56,740 nt of DNA. Source: Candidatus Micrarchaeota archaeon (GTDB lineage: Archaea; Iainarchaeota; Iainarchaeia; JAADDC01). Shown here one piece after another: positions 17,414 to 25,555 of the stretch. The stretch covers positions 1 through 56,740 of the forward strand of contig JALTXX010000006.1 of NCBI GenBank assembly GCA_027046625.1, written 5' to 3'. The translations under genes and the position numbers were made by a program. Numbering within the stretch: position 1 is the first letter of the stretch; every line of letters begins with the position of its first letter. The notes beneath the pieces were generated by a model. The model ran no database searches, was not told the DNA's origin, and saw nothing but the letters and a program-made list of their open reading frames with translations.

Positions 17414-18025
17414 ATGATACTCGTTCTTGCGGAAGCCCCCCTTATGTTGGTGCCGAAAAGGTTTAGGAAAAGAAGGAGCGTGAAAGCGTTTAGGGAGCGT
17501 TTTAGAGTGAAGTATCCGGTGCTTGATATTAACTACATGCCCGATGTCTGTAGAGAGTTGGGAGTTAGCGGAAGACCAGACATTCTTCACTTATCTCTCC
17601 TCCTAGCACTGGAAAGTCCGTTGGCCAGAAAAGGGTTGTTGGATGTCTACTTTACTACAATAGAAGGGAAGATTTTTCACATAAAGAGGGGCACTCGCCT
17701 CCCAAGGGGGTATAGCAGATTCCTTGGCCTTATAGGGCAAACACTAGCTGAGGGATCTCCCTTTATAGAGGAGGTCACGGAGTTGCCCTTGAAAAAACCG
17801 ATAATATTGATGGATGAGAGAGGTGAAAGCAAACAGGTTTCATACTCCGATGCAACTGTTATAGTAGGTGCGTTTTCCCGAGGAACCTTCAGGAAAAATT
17901 ATAACGAAGATTTTAGGATATCTATCTATGAAGAACCCTTAAACACATGGGATGTGGTAGGAAGGGTGATAGCGTTTGCAGAGTTGGAGAAAAATATACT
18001 GGAGAGCGCCCCGGCCGGGATTTGA
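17414..18025 (+). CDS. nep1: Ribosomal RNA small subunit methyltransferase Nep1 (Emg1)
   Basis: MILVLAEAPLMLVPK..., then HLSLLLALESPLARKGLLDVYFTT and RLPRGYSRFLGLIGQ, are typical of Nep1. Start moved from 17273 to the ATG at 17414. Confidence 0.8.
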   Translation: MILVLAEAPLMLVPKRFRKRRSVKAFRERFRVKYPVLDINYMPDVCRELGVSGRPDILHLSLLLALESPLARKGLLDVYFTTIEGKIFHIKRGTRLPRGYSRFLGLIGQTLAEGSPFIEEVTELPLKKPIILMDERGESKQVSYSDATVIVGAFSRGTFRKNYNEDFRISIYEEPLNTWDVVGRVIAFAELEKNILESAPAGI

Positions 18026-18080
18026 ACCCGGGTCACGGGCTCGACAGGCCCGCATGCTAGCCGGACTACACCACCGGGGC
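18007..18080 (-). tRNA. tRNA-Asp (GUC)
   Basis: Manual cloverleaf. Acceptor GCCCCGG/CCGGGGC, anticodon stem CGGGC/GCCCG, loop CUGUCGA, T-loop UUCAAAU, discriminator G. No encoded CCA. Confidence 0.9.
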
Positions 18081-18115
18081 TCTAAGGAAGATGGGAAAAG
18101 GAAAGTTTAAAAAAT

Positions 18116-18937
18116 TCAATCCTTCTTCTTCTCCTCCTCTTTCTTTGATTCCATCCAACTCTCTATAACTTCTAAGGGTATGAAAAAGTGGAGCTTCTGG
18201 CTGGGATCTTTAGATATGTCGTTGATGGTCTGGAGCGTTCTGAGAGTCAGTCCTCCCGGTACTGAGGCAAGAATCTTAGCTGCCTTGGCGTAGGTTTCTG
18301 CAGCCTTTAGCTCACCTTCAGCCTTTATAATAACTGCTCTTCTCTCCCTTTCAGCCTCCGCCTGAACCGCCATAGCTCTCTTCATATTCTCCGGTAGTAC
18401 AATATCCTGTATTCTGATTTCTGTAATATCTACACCCCACTCATCTGCCTTCTCATCAACGATTGATCTAACCTCTTTGGCTATCTCCTCTCTTCTCTCT
18501 AACAGCTCATCTAATTGCTTACCTCCGATCACATCCCTTAGGGTTGTCTGTGCAAGAGCCGCGGTAGCTTTGGTGTAGTCTTTAACCTGAAGAACTGCCT
18601 TGGTAGGATCTATTACACGGAAGAACACTACACCGTTAACGTTGACTGATACATTATCCTTGGTAATAACCTCCTGGGGAGGAATGTCAACAGTTCTCAC
18701 ACGCAGATCCACCTTTACAACGTATTGAACAACGGGGAATATGATTACAAGCCCAGGGCCAACTACTCCCCTATATCTTCCCAGGGTAAACAGTACTCCC
18801 CTCTCATATTCGTTGAAGATCTTTATACCTCCTATAAGGTATAGGATGGATAGCGTTATACCAAGGGTTAATCCTCCAAGGAGGGTACCAACACTAAAAG
18901 CCACTATAAGCCCCACAATACCAAGAGTGGTCTGCAT
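18116..18937 (-). CDS. SPFH/Band 7 (stomatin/prohibitin-like) membrane protein
   Basis: N-terminal TM segment followed by IKIFNEYERGVLFTLGRY...VDLRVRTVDIPPQEVITKDNV, typical of stomatin. Confidence 0.85.
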   Translation of the reverse strand: MQTTLGIVGLIVAFSVGTLLGGLTLGITLSILYLIGGIKIFNEYERGVLFTLGRYRGVVGPGLVIIFPVVQYVVKVDLRVRTVDIPPQEVITKDNVSVNVNGVVFFRVIDPTKAVLQVKDYTKATAALAQTTLRDVIGGKQLDELLERREEIAKEVRSIVDEKADEWGVDITEIRIQDIVLPENMKRAMAVQAEAERERRAVIIKAEGELKAAETYAKAAKILASVPGGLTLRTLQTINDISKDPSQKLHFFIPLEVIESWMESKKEEEKKKD

Positions 18938-18973
18938 GAATTGATATGGTTGCTCTAAGATTTTTAAAGGGTA

Positions 18974-19783
18974 GTGGAGAATATCTTGGATGTGAAGTGG
19001 ATTAGAGAAGCTTGGAACGTTTATAGAGAACGCTTCAAAGACATAGTAACGGTATCGGTCTCATTCTTGGTGGCTGCCGTCCTCCTTGGATTAATAATAG
19101 GTTTGATATCTTTAGCTCCTGGCTCACTGTTATATACACTACTATTCTTGGCTCTCGTTATAGCAATAATCGCAGTTGGCACCATTCTTACGTTGACATA
19201 CTATGGAATAGCAGAAGGATTATCTGTATCTGACGCCGTAAATAGGGCTAAGGAGAGGCTTCTGCCTACCTTGGTAGGTGTGATTGTTTCAACTATTTTG
19301 ACAGTAGTAATATCGGCGGTTATTACAATTCTGCTAGCCATACTTTTCAGTGTAGCATATGCGGCAGAACCCTTCCCTCAACCAACTTATACACTCGGTA
19401 GCGCGCTTGGACCAGCAGGTATACTGGAGATGATCCTTATGATGGTCCTATTTGCAGCCTTCTTTGCTATAGTAATGTTCTTGGTGGGGATAAAGTTCAT
19501 CCCAGTAACGGTACTAACCTATCATGGAAAGGGAGGGATAGAGGCTGTTAAGGTAGCCTGGAAGATACCCTATCTACAGTCGCTAAAGGTTGCATTAGTA
19601 ACCCTAGTACTTGTAATCCTCTTCTTAATTCTGGAAACCGTTGTGTTCATACCGCTCTCCGCAGTACTTCCGAGCTACGTACTTGACATCATTTCTACAC
19701 TTATCTCCTTCCTTATCGTGACACCTCTCACCACACTTACGATGTACATAGGTGTGAAGGATATTGCCAAGGAATACCTCTAA
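18974..19783 (+). CDS. Polytopic membrane protein, unknown function
   Basis: About 6 hydrophobic segments. GTG start. Confidence 0.6.
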   Translation: MENILDVKWIREAWNVYRERFKDIVTVSVSFLVAAVLLGLIIGLISLAPGSLLYTLLFLALVIAIIAVGTILTLTYYGIAEGLSVSDAVNRAKERLLPTLVGVIVSTILTVVISAVITILLAILFSVAYAAEPFPQPTYTLGSALGPAGILEMILMMVLFAAFFAIVMFLVGIKFIPVTVLTYHGKGGIEAVKVAWKIPYLQSLKVALVTLVLVILFLILETVVFIPLSAVLPSYVLDIISTLISFLIVTPLTTLTMYIGVKDIAKEYL

Positions 19784-19819
19784 TCTTTTAGATGTTTCAA
19801 CATCACAAACATATGGGGA

Positions 19820-19892
19820 GCGCCGGTGGTGTAGCCTGGCAGCACGTGGGCCCCCCAAGCCCACAGCCCGGGTTCAAATCCCGGCCGGCGCA
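19820..19892 (+). tRNA. tRNA-Gly (CCC), with C rather than U at position 33
   Basis: Acceptor GCGCCGG/CCGGCGC, discriminator A, anticodon stem UGGGC/GCCCA, loop CCCCCAA, T-loop UUCAAAU. No encoded CCA. Confidence 0.85.
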
Positions 19893-19894
19893 CT

Positions 19895-20560
19895 TCAATA
19901 AACAGGCTTAACCTCCCCCTCCTCCAACATATGTTTTAGCTCATCTAAATCCTTTTCACAAGGCTTTAGCCTCTTTAACTGCTCTATAACGTTCTCAGGA
20001 AATCTATACTTTTTGCCTTTGTGGGATACTACTGTGTAAGCTTCAACCTCCTCCCTCACTACGTAGCCAGCTCCTATGACAGCCCCATCCCCTATCCTAC
20101 TTCCAGAGGTTACAATTACCCTATCCCCTATCCACACGCAGTTACCTATGATGGTATCTCCCTTTACAAGGGAAGGATCTGGTAGGTGAAGCAATCTACT
20201 TACCCTGCCGGACATAATAAGATGTTTATAGTTATGCTCTTGTGCATGTACCAAGAAATCCCTCCCTATGGCACAATACTTTCCGATAACAACTCTACCC
20301 TTTGTTGCATGAACGCGGGCGTTATCGCCTATGCCTGTATAGGAGCCAATATGTATGTTCCCCACAAAATATCCTCCTCTTCCAATGGACACCCCATCCT
20401 CGAGCACAACGTTACCATACAACAAGGTACCCCATCCTATGTAAACGTTCTTTCCTAGTTTAACTCCCAAGAGAGGCGACAATACCCTCAAAAGGAGTGT
20501 CCAGAGTTTATCTTTAATGCTCCTAATTACTAATGCTATACCCTTCATACTCTCCTCCAT
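19895..20560 (-). CDS. Hexapeptide-repeat (left-handed beta-helix) acyl/acetyltransferase
   Basis: Repeated [LIV]G motifs: VYIGWGTLLYGNVVLEDGVSIGRGGYFVGNIHIGSYTGIGDNARV. Confidence 0.75.
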   Translation of the reverse strand: MEESMKGIALVIRSIKDKLWTLLLRVLSPLLGVKLGKNVYIGWGTLLYGNVVLEDGVSIGRGGYFVGNIHIGSYTGIGDNARVHATKGRVVIGKYCAIGRDFLVHAQEHNYKHLIMSGRVSRLLHLPDPSLVKGDTIIGNCVWIGDRVIVTSGSRIGDGAVIGAGYVVREEVEAYTVVSHKGKKYRFPENVIEQLKRLKPCEKDLDELKHMLEEGEVKPVY

Positions 20561-20634
20561 GGGCCCGCCGGGATTTGAACCCGGGTCGCGGCCGCCCGAA
20601 GGCCGTATGCTAGGCCAGGCTACACCACGGGCCC
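20560..20634 (-). tRNA. tRNA-Pro (CGG)
   Basis: Acceptor GGGCCCG/CGGGCCC, anticodon stem CGGCC/GGCCG, loop UUCGGGC, T-loop UUCAAAU, discriminator A. Confidence 0.9.
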
Positions 20635-20639
20635 ATTTA

Positions 20640-20713
20640 CGGGCCCGGGGGGATTCGAACCCCCGACACCCCGGTTAAAAGCCGGGTGCTCTACCTGGCT
20701 GAGCTACGGGCCC
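20640..20713 (-). tRNA. tRNA-Lys (UUU)
   Basis: Acceptor GGGCCCG/CGGGCCC, anticodon stem CCCGG/CCGGG, loop CUUUUAA, T-loop UUCGAAU, discriminator G. Lies 5 nt from tRNA-Pro. Confidence 0.9.
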
Positions 20714-20784
20714 AATTCCTCATTTCTCATAGGACATGGCAACATTTAAATAGGGGGAGCGTGATTATACCATGGGTGGTTTAT

Positions 20785-21576
20785 ATGGGTGGAGGAAGAC
20801 CAAGGGAGCATCCTGCTTTTAAGGCCAAAGACCCGGAGCTGAGAGAGTTGTACAACAAGGTTATAGGACTAAAAAAGCAGAGAGGAAGAGAAGGATTGTT
20901 CTACATATTTAAAGCCTTGAAAAGAAACCATGTATGGAATATCATCAAAGATAATCACCCGGAGCACGAGAAACTTAAGGGTAATCCAAAAGAATTTCTG
21001 AAACGTCTTCTGAAGCTATCTCTGTTTAGAAGAAACACAAAGGTTATCATACCTTCTATATCTGCAGCACGTGGGTATGGATCTAAAGTGGAGCATGCTG
21101 AGGTACCCCTTGGAGACATAATCGATACACTCCATTACTATGCCTGGAGCCGTATACACAAAGGAGCAAGAAATGTGCCAGTGGTTATATATGATCTAAT
21201 AAAGCATATGGCAGAGGGTTATGACAAGAAGAGGAATGTTATAGATCTTAGGGATAAGTTTATCATCCTTCTAAAGGGTGCTGCTGCAGAGGATAAAGGT
21301 TATCCACCCATTCCAAAAGGCCCCCGTTGGGGAACAGGCTACTCATTCCTGCATATTCCCTCCCATGTGCTGGAGGATATAGCAAAGCAAAAGGGAGCGA
21401 GAACACCTATAGAGTTTCTGAGAAAGGTATGGCTAGAAGTTGCTAATGAGGTAGAGAAGAAGCGAGATTATTATGAAAGAATGGGCTATTCGACGGATGT
21501 GAGCATTCACAGGGTTGCCTCGAGGATAGAAAAGTATGCAAAAGGGCCCAGAAAGAGGGGGAGGAAAGAGGAGTGA
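20785..21576 (+). CDS. Hypothetical protein (263 aa from ATG 20785)
   Basis: The track ORF start (20686) overlaps tRNA-Lys. A TATA-like tttaaata at about 20744 favours the ATG at 20785. No motif I recognise. Confidence 0.55.
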   Translation: MGGGRPREHPAFKAKDPELRELYNKVIGLKKQRGREGLFYIFKALKRNHVWNIIKDNHPEHEKLKGNPKEFLKRLLKLSLFRRNTKVIIPSISAARGYGSKVEHAEVPLGDIIDTLHYYAWSRIHKGARNVPVVIYDLIKHMAEGYDKKRNVIDLRDKFIILLKGAAAEDKGYPPIPKGPRWGTGYSFLHIPSHVLEDIAKQKGARTPIEFLRKVWLEVANEVEKKRDYYERMGYSTDVSIHRVASRIEKYAKGPRKRGRKEE

Positions 21577-22073
21577 CCCTGTATACAAGAAAGGGAGACA
21601 GGGGGGAAACCTTCTGCTATGCCATGGGAAGAAGGATAAGGAAGGATCACCCCCTAATTGAGTTGCTGGGTGGGCTGGACGAAGCCAACTCCTTCATAGG
21701 GCTGGCAAGAAGCTACGCAGAGGAGGAGAACCTTAGAAGAGATTTGCGATGGATACAGCTGCTACTCTTTAGAGCAGGCTTCCATATATCAGGCAAACCT
21801 TCCATAGAAGAGAAGGATGTTAAACGGCTGGAAGAGATGTCCGACCATTACTTTAGGGTAAAACTAAACAGGTTCATTCTTCCCGGAGGGGGGCCGCTGT
21901 CCTCTCATCTCCATGTTGCAAGGAGTGTGGTGAGAAGAGTGGAGAGGTATGCAGTAAAGGCTTATAGACTATCTTATCTGAAAGACCCTCTGGTAATAAA
22001 AGTACTTAACAGGCTAAGCGATGCATTATTTGCTATGGCTATTTATTCTGCGGAAGAGTTGGAAACAGTGTAG
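21573..22073 (+). CDS. ATP:cob(I)alamin adenosyltransferase, PduO type
   Basis: YTRKGDRGET...LIELLGGLDEANSFIGLAR is the typical PduO/MMAB N-terminus. Confidence 0.8.
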   Translation: MTLYTRKGDRGETFCYAMGRRIRKDHPLIELLGGLDEANSFIGLARSYAEEENLRRDLRWIQLLLFRAGFHISGKPSIEEKDVKRLEEMSDHYFRVKLNRFILPGGGPLSSHLHVARSVVRRVERYAVKAYRLSYLKDPLVIKVLNRLSDALFAMAIYSAEELETV

Positions 22074-23071
22074 ATATCCAGCACCACCTTCCACACTCGA
22101 GGTGCGTAATCCGCCACTCTTCTCCATTCTATCCTCTTTATGGCGAACCCCCATTCCTCAGCCTTTCTCTCTATTAGAGGAAGTTTTTCAAGAGGATTGG
22201 AGGAGGGAGCAAAGGTATAATAGTGTATAATTCCTCCTTCCCTCCTCAGGGCCATGAAGGCTTCATCGAGGAAGTGATGACTGTCTTTAGGTAGAGGCAT
22301 CACCACTCTGTGAGCAAATCCAGGAAACATACGGGGCACAACATCCTTCACATCCCCTCTGATAGGAATAATCTTTCTTTCCATTCTGTTCATCTCCACA
22401 TTCTCTACCATATATTTCCACGCTACTGGATTTAGCTCTATGGCATAAACCCACCTTGCCGGGCTGTGTTTGGCAAACACCAAAGGATATGGGCCCACGC
22501 CTGCGAAGAAAACACCTACGATTTCATCTTTTCCTATCATCCTTGCTATACGTATCCTTTCGTAGGAATGTCTCACAGAAAAGTAAACCTTTGATGGATC
22601 CAGCTTCATTCTTACTCCATGTTCCCTGTAAATAGTCTCAAGGTTCTCATCTCCCCATACCACCTTTAGCTCCGGCACTCGGTAAGTTCCTCCAAAAGGG
22701 CCTACTTCCACCGCTACAGAACGCACATGGGGATGGATTCGATGTAATACCTCCCCTATCTTTTCTGCCTTATCCATGAGAGAAGGAGGCAAGCGAATAA
22801 TAATGACATCTCCCACAATATCAAAAGACGTTACCACCTCTTTCATCTCATCCTCTGTAAGAAAGGATCGTAGCTCCTCTTTTAGATTGGTAGCCCTTCT
22901 TCTTGCAGGAAGTTCTACATCCACTACCTCATAACCCTCTGGCGGAGTTTTTACAGGGATGTATACCCATCCATTCTTCTGAAGGATACGAAACTCCTTG
23001 TTTATAAGGGGGGAAAGGCTCCTTATGGTATCTTCTGCATTCTTCTTGGGAATCTTCACGGCAAGCACCAT
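22043..23071 (-). CDS. trm5: tRNA (guanine37-N1)-methyltransferase Trm5 family (Met-10+ like)
   Basis: FDIVGDVIIIRLP, the SAM-binding block VGVFFAGVGPYPLVFA, and YAIELNPVAWKYMVENVEMN. Confidence 0.8.
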   Translation of the reverse strand: MVLAVKIPKKNAEDTIRSLSPLINKEFRILQKNGWVYIPVKTPPEGYEVVDVELPARRRATNLKEELRSFLTEDEMKEVVTSFDIVGDVIIIRLPPSLMDKAEKIGEVLHRIHPHVRSVAVEVGPFGGTYRVPELKVVWGDENLETIYREHGVRMKLDPSKVYFSVRHSYERIRIARMIGKDEIVGVFFAGVGPYPLVFAKHSPARWVYAIELNPVAWKYMVENVEMNRMERKIIPIRGDVKDVVPRMFPGFAHRVVMPLPKDSHHFLDEAFMALRREGGIIHYYTFAPSSNPLEKLPLIERKAEEWGFAIKRIEWRRVADYAPRVWKVVLDIYTVSNSSAE

Positions 23072-23104
23072 GTATTTTTAACGATTGTAAACGTTAATTA
23101 ACAC

Positions 23105-23851
23105 ATGCTATACATTGTAGGGCTAGGGCTCATTCCCAAACATCTCACCAAAGAAGCGGTAGAGACCCTAAACAATGCAGACAGGGTGTATCTAGATACA
23201 TACACTGTTCCTCGTTCCAGCTTCTGGGCTGATGTGCTGAGAGGGATGGTAAAGGAGCTCGTGATTGCGGAAAGACATATACTGGAGGACAACGCTTCTA
23301 ACATCATAGTAGAAGCTAAGGAGAAGGAGATTGTGGTTGCCGTGCCTGGAGATCCCTTTGTAGCTACCACGCATATATCTCTCTATCTTGAGTCTTTGAG
23401 GAGGGGTGTGGAGGTAAGGTACATTCCAGGCATCTCGATACTAACAGTTGCGCCCTCCCTTTCTGGGCTGCAGCATTACAGATTCGGAAGGGTAGTTACT
23501 CTCCCTCTCAGATGGAGAGAATCCCCATCCATATATGAGAAGATCCTAAGAAACAAGGAGCAGAACCTTCATACTCTTATTCTTGTAGAGGAGGGCCTCA
23601 ATATGGAGGAGGCATTGGAAGCCCTTCTTGAGATGGAGAGACGGTATAGAAAAGGTGTGGTAACCCTTTCGGATCTTTTGGTGGGTGTTGCACGAGCAGG
23701 GTTTGAGGATTGTAAGCGTGTGGTGGGAACGGTGGAAGAACTCCTGGAGGTAGAGTGGGGAGAACCCCCCTACACTATTATTCTCCCCGTTCCTGACAGA
23801 ATTGAGGAGGAGATCTTGTATGAGCTCTACAGAAATAGAGAGTGTGTATGA
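23105..23851 (+). CDS. dphB: Diphthine synthase
   Basis: MLYIVGLGL...ADRVYLDTYT and VPGDPFVATTH, a tetrapyrrole-methylase fold typical of Dph5/DphB. Confidence 0.85.
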   Translation: MLYIVGLGLIPKHLTKEAVETLNNADRVYLDTYTVPRSSFWADVLRGMVKELVIAERHILEDNASNIIVEAKEKEIVVAVPGDPFVATTHISLYLESLRRGVEVRYIPGISILTVAPSLSGLQHYRFGRVVTLPLRWRESPSIYEKILRNKEQNLHTLILVEEGLNMEEALEALLEMERRYRKGVVTLSDLLVGVARAGFEDCKRVVGTVEELLEVEWGEPPYTIILPVPDRIEEEILYELYRNRECV

Positions 23852-24110
23852 GCGGTATAGAAAACTTACAAGGGAGGCAATAAACAGGATAGAAATAGTT
23901 ATTCCGGAGGATACCTGGCTCTATAATGTGGCTAGGCACCTTTTAGATATGGCAGAGAGGTATCTAGTAGATTCTGAATACTTTTTTGAGAAGGGAGATG
24001 CTATAAGAGCATTAATAGCTGTTGTATACGCCCATGCGTGGTTAGATGTAGGTGTGAGGATGGGTATATTAAAGGGGAATGACCCAAAACTATTCATGGT
24101 GGAACCATGA
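23820..24110 (+). CDS. DUF357-like small protein
   Basis: AERYLVDSEYFFEKGDAIRALIAVVYAHAWLDVGVRMG resembles archaeal DUF357. Start set at ATG 23820. Confidence 0.5.
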   Translation: MSSTEIESVYERYRKLTREAINRIEIVIPEDTWLYNVARHLLDMAERYLVDSEYFFEKGDAIRALIAVVYAHAWLDVGVRMGILKGNDPKLFMVEP

Positions 24111-24679
24111 TGAGCGGCCTCTTCAGGAAGGAGGTAGAGCCTTATGTAAGGAAAATTGCGGTATACTTCTCGGGCCTTTCCCCTAACACTATTACCTTTA
24201 TATCTCTTGTAATTGCGATAGTAGCCGCATATTTCTTCTCGAAACAGGATTGGTTTGTAGGTGGTATGTTTGCGTTGCTTGCGGCGTTCCTTGACGCTAT
24301 AGACGGTGCGGTTGCAAGAATAAGAAGAAAGGAAACAAAAAAAGGAGCGTACCTTGATGCTGTAATGGACAGGTATGTAGAAGGGGTCCTGCTCTTTGGT
24401 ATAGGAATGGGAACAGGACTGTGGCATCTTGTGTTTTTGGCCATGTGGGGAGCCATACTTATCCCCTATACAAAGGCAAGAGCCTCTATGGAGAAGAAGA
24501 TAGATAATATAAACTGGCCAGACCTCATGGAAAGAGCGGAAAGGCTCGTGTTTATATCCATTATATTTCCTATTGCCGCCTTCTTTGGATACGCAGAGCT
24601 CGCCCTTGTGGTTATGGTAATTCTATTCCATTTAACAGCCATACAACGTATAAGAAGGGCTTTGAAGATGCTGGGGTGA
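24107..24679 (+). CDS. CDP-alcohol phosphatidyltransferase family (archaeal polar-lipid head-group synthase)
   Basis: Signature D-x2-DG-x2-AR...G-x3-D-x3-D is present (LDAIDGAVARIRRKETKKGAYLDAVMDR). Multiple TM segments. Confidence 0.8.
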   Translation: MMSGLFRKEVEPYVRKIAVYFSGLSPNTITFISLVIAIVAAYFFSKQDWFVGGMFALLAAFLDAIDGAVARIRRKETKKGAYLDAVMDRYVEGVLLFGIGMGTGLWHLVFLAMWGAILIPYTKARASMEKKIDNINWPDLMERAERLVFISIIFPIAAFFGYAELALVVMVILFHLTAIQRIRRALKMLG

Positions 24680-24683
24680 GCTA

Positions 24684-25070
24684 ATGGGCATATACGACAC
24701 CTCCCTTCCGCTAAAGCCTATCATAATAGGCATCCTTCTTATTATATCCATTATTCTATCTCTGCCACCCTCCTATTATCTTCAAACACACCTTTCAAAA
24801 TCTCCTCTATCCCCCGGAGAGGAAGGCATACTATGGATAAGGGTAAAGAACAACGGACCTACCCCTCTTAGTGGAGTTTCTATCTCCCTTGACAGCGATC
24901 TATACCTGGATAAGAATATGGTATTCCTGCCAGATATTGCACCATACGGAGAGATATCGGTAGATGTGAAGGTTAGGGGAGAGGAGCCTCCTGGAGATCA
25001 CCTAGTAAGGGTGTTCTTCTCTACTCCAGGAAGAACAGAGGTTGTGTATGTGGGGGTGAGGGTAGGTTGA
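24684..25070 (+). CDS. Small membrane-anchored protein with a beta-rich ectodomain
   Basis: N-terminal TM segment IIIGILLIISIILSL followed by a beta-sandwich-like sequence. Confidence 0.5.
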   Translation: MGIYDTSLPLKPIIIGILLIISIILSLPPSYYLQTHLSKSPLSPGEEGILWIRVKNNGPTPLSGVSISLDSDLYLDKNMVFLPDIAPYGEISVDVKVRGEEPPGDHLVRVFFSTPGRTEVVYVGVRVG

Positions 25071-25555
25071 GCGTCCCCTTTACGGAGATAATAAACACAT
25101 GGGGGTATGCAGGCCTATTTCTTGCAGTGCTCATTACAAGCCTCTCTATGTTTGTGGGTATACCTACCTTTACCTATGTAGCCATAGGAACGGCTCTTGG
25201 TATGGATCCTATACTGGCCTCTCTTGTGGCAGCGGTGGCTGGTGCCCTGGGGGAGAGCCCCGCCTACATTATAGGGTTGGGTTCTAAGAAGGTAATAGAG
25301 AGAAAGTACGGAGAAGTGCTGACCTACTGGGAAGAACTGTTTAAAAATTGGGGATTCTTTGCAGTAGTAATGGTAGCAGCCATACCGGTGGCTCCCGATG
25401 AGGTAGCGGGCCTGCTATCTGGGCTCTCAAGATATAGTTATTTGAAGTTTCTACTTGCAACAGCTATAGGTAAGTTCATAAAGTACATTATAGCTGCCTA
25501 CGGAGGTGTGTACGGCGTTTCGTTATTTGAAAGCATCCTTTCCTCTATTTCCTGA
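25067..25555 (+). CDS. DedA / VTT-domain membrane protein
   Basis: YAGLFLAVLITSLSMFVGIPTFTYV...PVAPDEVAGLLSG resembles the DedA/SNARE-associated family. Confidence 0.6.
   Translation: MSVPFTEIINTWGYAGLFLAVLITSLSMFVGIPTFTYVAIGTALGMDPILASLVAAVAGALGESPAYIIGLGSKKVIERKYGEVLTYWEELFKNWGFFAVVMVAAIPVAPDEVAGLLSGLSRYSYLKFLLATAIGKFIKYIIAAYGGVYGVSLFESILSSIS

Noticed and set aside
18007-18025. 19-nt overlap between the nep1 3' end and tRNA-Asp on the opposite strand
   Set aside because: This is probably just compact gene packing, with the nep1 stop falling inside the tRNA acceptor/T-arm. Nothing suggests regulation.
19625-19864. 79-aa minus-strand ORF overlapping tRNA-Gly
   Set aside because: It overlaps the 3' end of a membrane-protein gene and a well-formed tRNA, and has no coding features.
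20686-20784. Upstream 33 codons of ORF 20686..21576
   Set aside because: They overlap tRNA-Lys. A TATA-like box at about 20744 places transcription downstream, so the ATG at 20785 was preferred.
23921-24456. Minus-strand ORFs 23921..24427 and 24142..24456
   Set aside because: They are antisense to the DUF357-like and CDP-alcohol phosphatidyltransferase genes, which carry recognisable signatures.
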